DNA from: Prevotella sp.
Lineage (GTDB): Bacteria > Bacteroidota > Bacteroidia > Bacteroidales > Bacteroidaceae
NCBI GenBank assembly: GCA_017459445.1
Contig: JAFUDJ010000021.1
Coordinates: 19,363 to 83,362 of the forward strand
DNA: 64,000 bases
Direction of reading: 5' to 3'
Under the pieces are notes generated by a model, which was not told the DNA's origin, ran no database searches, and worked only from the letters and a program-made list of their open reading frames with translations. Made by a program: the position numbers and the translations under genes. How positions within the stretch are numbered: position 1 is the first letter of the stretch; each line of letters starts with the position of its first letter. Shown here piece after piece: positions 62,982-64,000 of the stretch.

Positions 62982-63992
62982 ATGAGGAAACGCTTCTTTT
63001 CTTTTTTCTTGGGTGCGGCATTGTGCCTGTCAGCCCATGCACAGACGTTTTGGCTGGGAGCCGACATCAGCGGCACCACCGAGCTGGAAGCCCGTGGCGT
63101 ACAACTGCGCAATGCCAAGGGTGAGCCCCGCGAGAATACGGCGCTGATGCGCGAGTTAGGGCTGAATGCCGTCCGTTTGCGGGTGTGGGTGAATCCCCGG
63201 CATGGCTTCTCCGGCGAGGATGATGTCGTGCGGATGGCATTAAGGGCTAAGGACTGGGGCATGGCGGTCATGATAGACTTCCATTACAGCGACTGGTGGG
63301 CCGACCCGGGCAAGCAGAACATTCCCGCTGCATGGCGCGACATGGGCTACGAGCAGATGCGGCAGGCGCTCAGCGACCATACCCGGGAAGTGCTGACGGC
63401 CATCAAGCAGGCTGGGGTAGACGTCCGATGGGTGCAGGTGGGCAACGAAACTACCCACGGATTCCTGTGGCCCATGGGGCGTGCCGAGGAGAATATGCGG
63501 CAGTATGCCGGGCTGACTGATGCCGGCTATGCCGCCGTGAAACAGGTGTTTCCCCGTGCCGAGGTCATTATTCATCTGGACGGCGGCTGCGACCCTAAGC
63601 GCTACGACTTCATCTTCGACGGTCTGGCCCGCTATAAGGCGCGCTACGACATGATAGGCCTGAGCGTCTATCCCTATTGGGACATCGACGCCAAGCTGAC
63701 GGCCTCGTGGCAGGAAACGGTCGAGAAGGCTACGGCTAACATCAACCGTCTGTGGCAGAAATACCATAAGCCGCTGATGATAGTCGAGACGGGGGCAGAA
63801 GCCAAGAAGCCCGAAGAGGGCAAGCAAATCATGGCAGCCGTCATAGCTGCTGCGCGCGATAACACCGGCGGCCACTGTCAGGGCGTCTTCTACTGGGCAC
63901 CTGAAGCCGAGGGGCACTATCCGCTTGGTGCCTTCCAGCAGGGCCGTCCCACCGCCATCATGGAGGCTTTCACGGAACAACAGGCTCGGTGA
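62982..63992 (+). CDS. GH53 endo-beta-1,4-galactanase
   Basis: GADIS, RLRVWVNP, DFHYSDWWADPGKQ, VQVGNE, GLSVYPYW, IVETG and GVFYWAPE. Confidence 0.93.
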   Translation: MRKRFFSFFLGAALCLSAHAQTFWLGADISGTTELEARGVQLRNAKGEPRENTALMRELGLNAVRLRVWVNPRHGFSGEDDVVRMALRAKDWGMAVMIDFHYSDWWADPGKQNIPAAWRDMGYEQMRQALSDHTREVLTAIKQAGVDVRWVQVGNETTHGFLWPMGRAEENMRQYAGLTDAGYAAVKQVFPRAEVIIHLDGGCDPKRYDFIFDGLARYKARYDMIGLSVYPYWDIDAKLTASWQETVEKATANINRLWQKYHKPLMIVETGAEAKKPEEGKQIMAAVIAAARDNTGGHCQGVFYWAPEAEGHYPLGAFQQGRPTAIMEAFTEQQAR

Positions 63993-64000
63993 TATGGACA

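Noticed and set aside
354-63980. Many long antisense or shadow ORFs (for example 354-1514, 4701-6125, 22063-23676, 27282-29054, 40106-41482)
   Set aside because: They mirror real genes with strong GC3 bias and show no recognisable motifs.

Overview
64 kb of a GC-rich Bacteroidales chromosome, probably Prevotella-like, judged from TAnnTTTG promoters, T9SS-type cargo proteins, EF-G2 and DUF4954. The housekeeping backbone (malQ, fusA2, hemW, GS-III, aguB, nagB, hflX, ftsY, rimO, HU, nspC, OmpA, GH2 and GH53 galactan enzymes) is interrupted by several accessory modules. (1) A DpnII-like operon at 12.8-16.1 kb has the two canonical GATC methyltransferases flanking a 449-aa protein with endonuclease III/HhH-GPD glycosylase motifs in place of a DpnII nuclease. 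Three GATC sites cluster in its upstream region, while the window otherwise appears to avoid GATC. This is the best candidate for an undescribed system, a restriction glycosylase. (2) A URO-D-like + homocysteine-methyltransferase + B12 fusion lacks a folate domain. (3) An AT-rich island at 56.6-62.9 kb carries a Tat-exported Cys-repeat radical-SAM RiPP cluster, its own tatAC, a switch-like leader RNA and a mob remnant. (4) A DUF559 nuclease sits between 65-bp inverted repeats. Also present are two large non-coding palindromic elements, in-frame repeat insertions in core genes, a GNAT toxin-antitoxin pair and three unannotated MKKxYxxP peptides. No rRNA, tRNA or CRISPR array was seen. All family calls come from recognising motifs by eye; no database searches were run.
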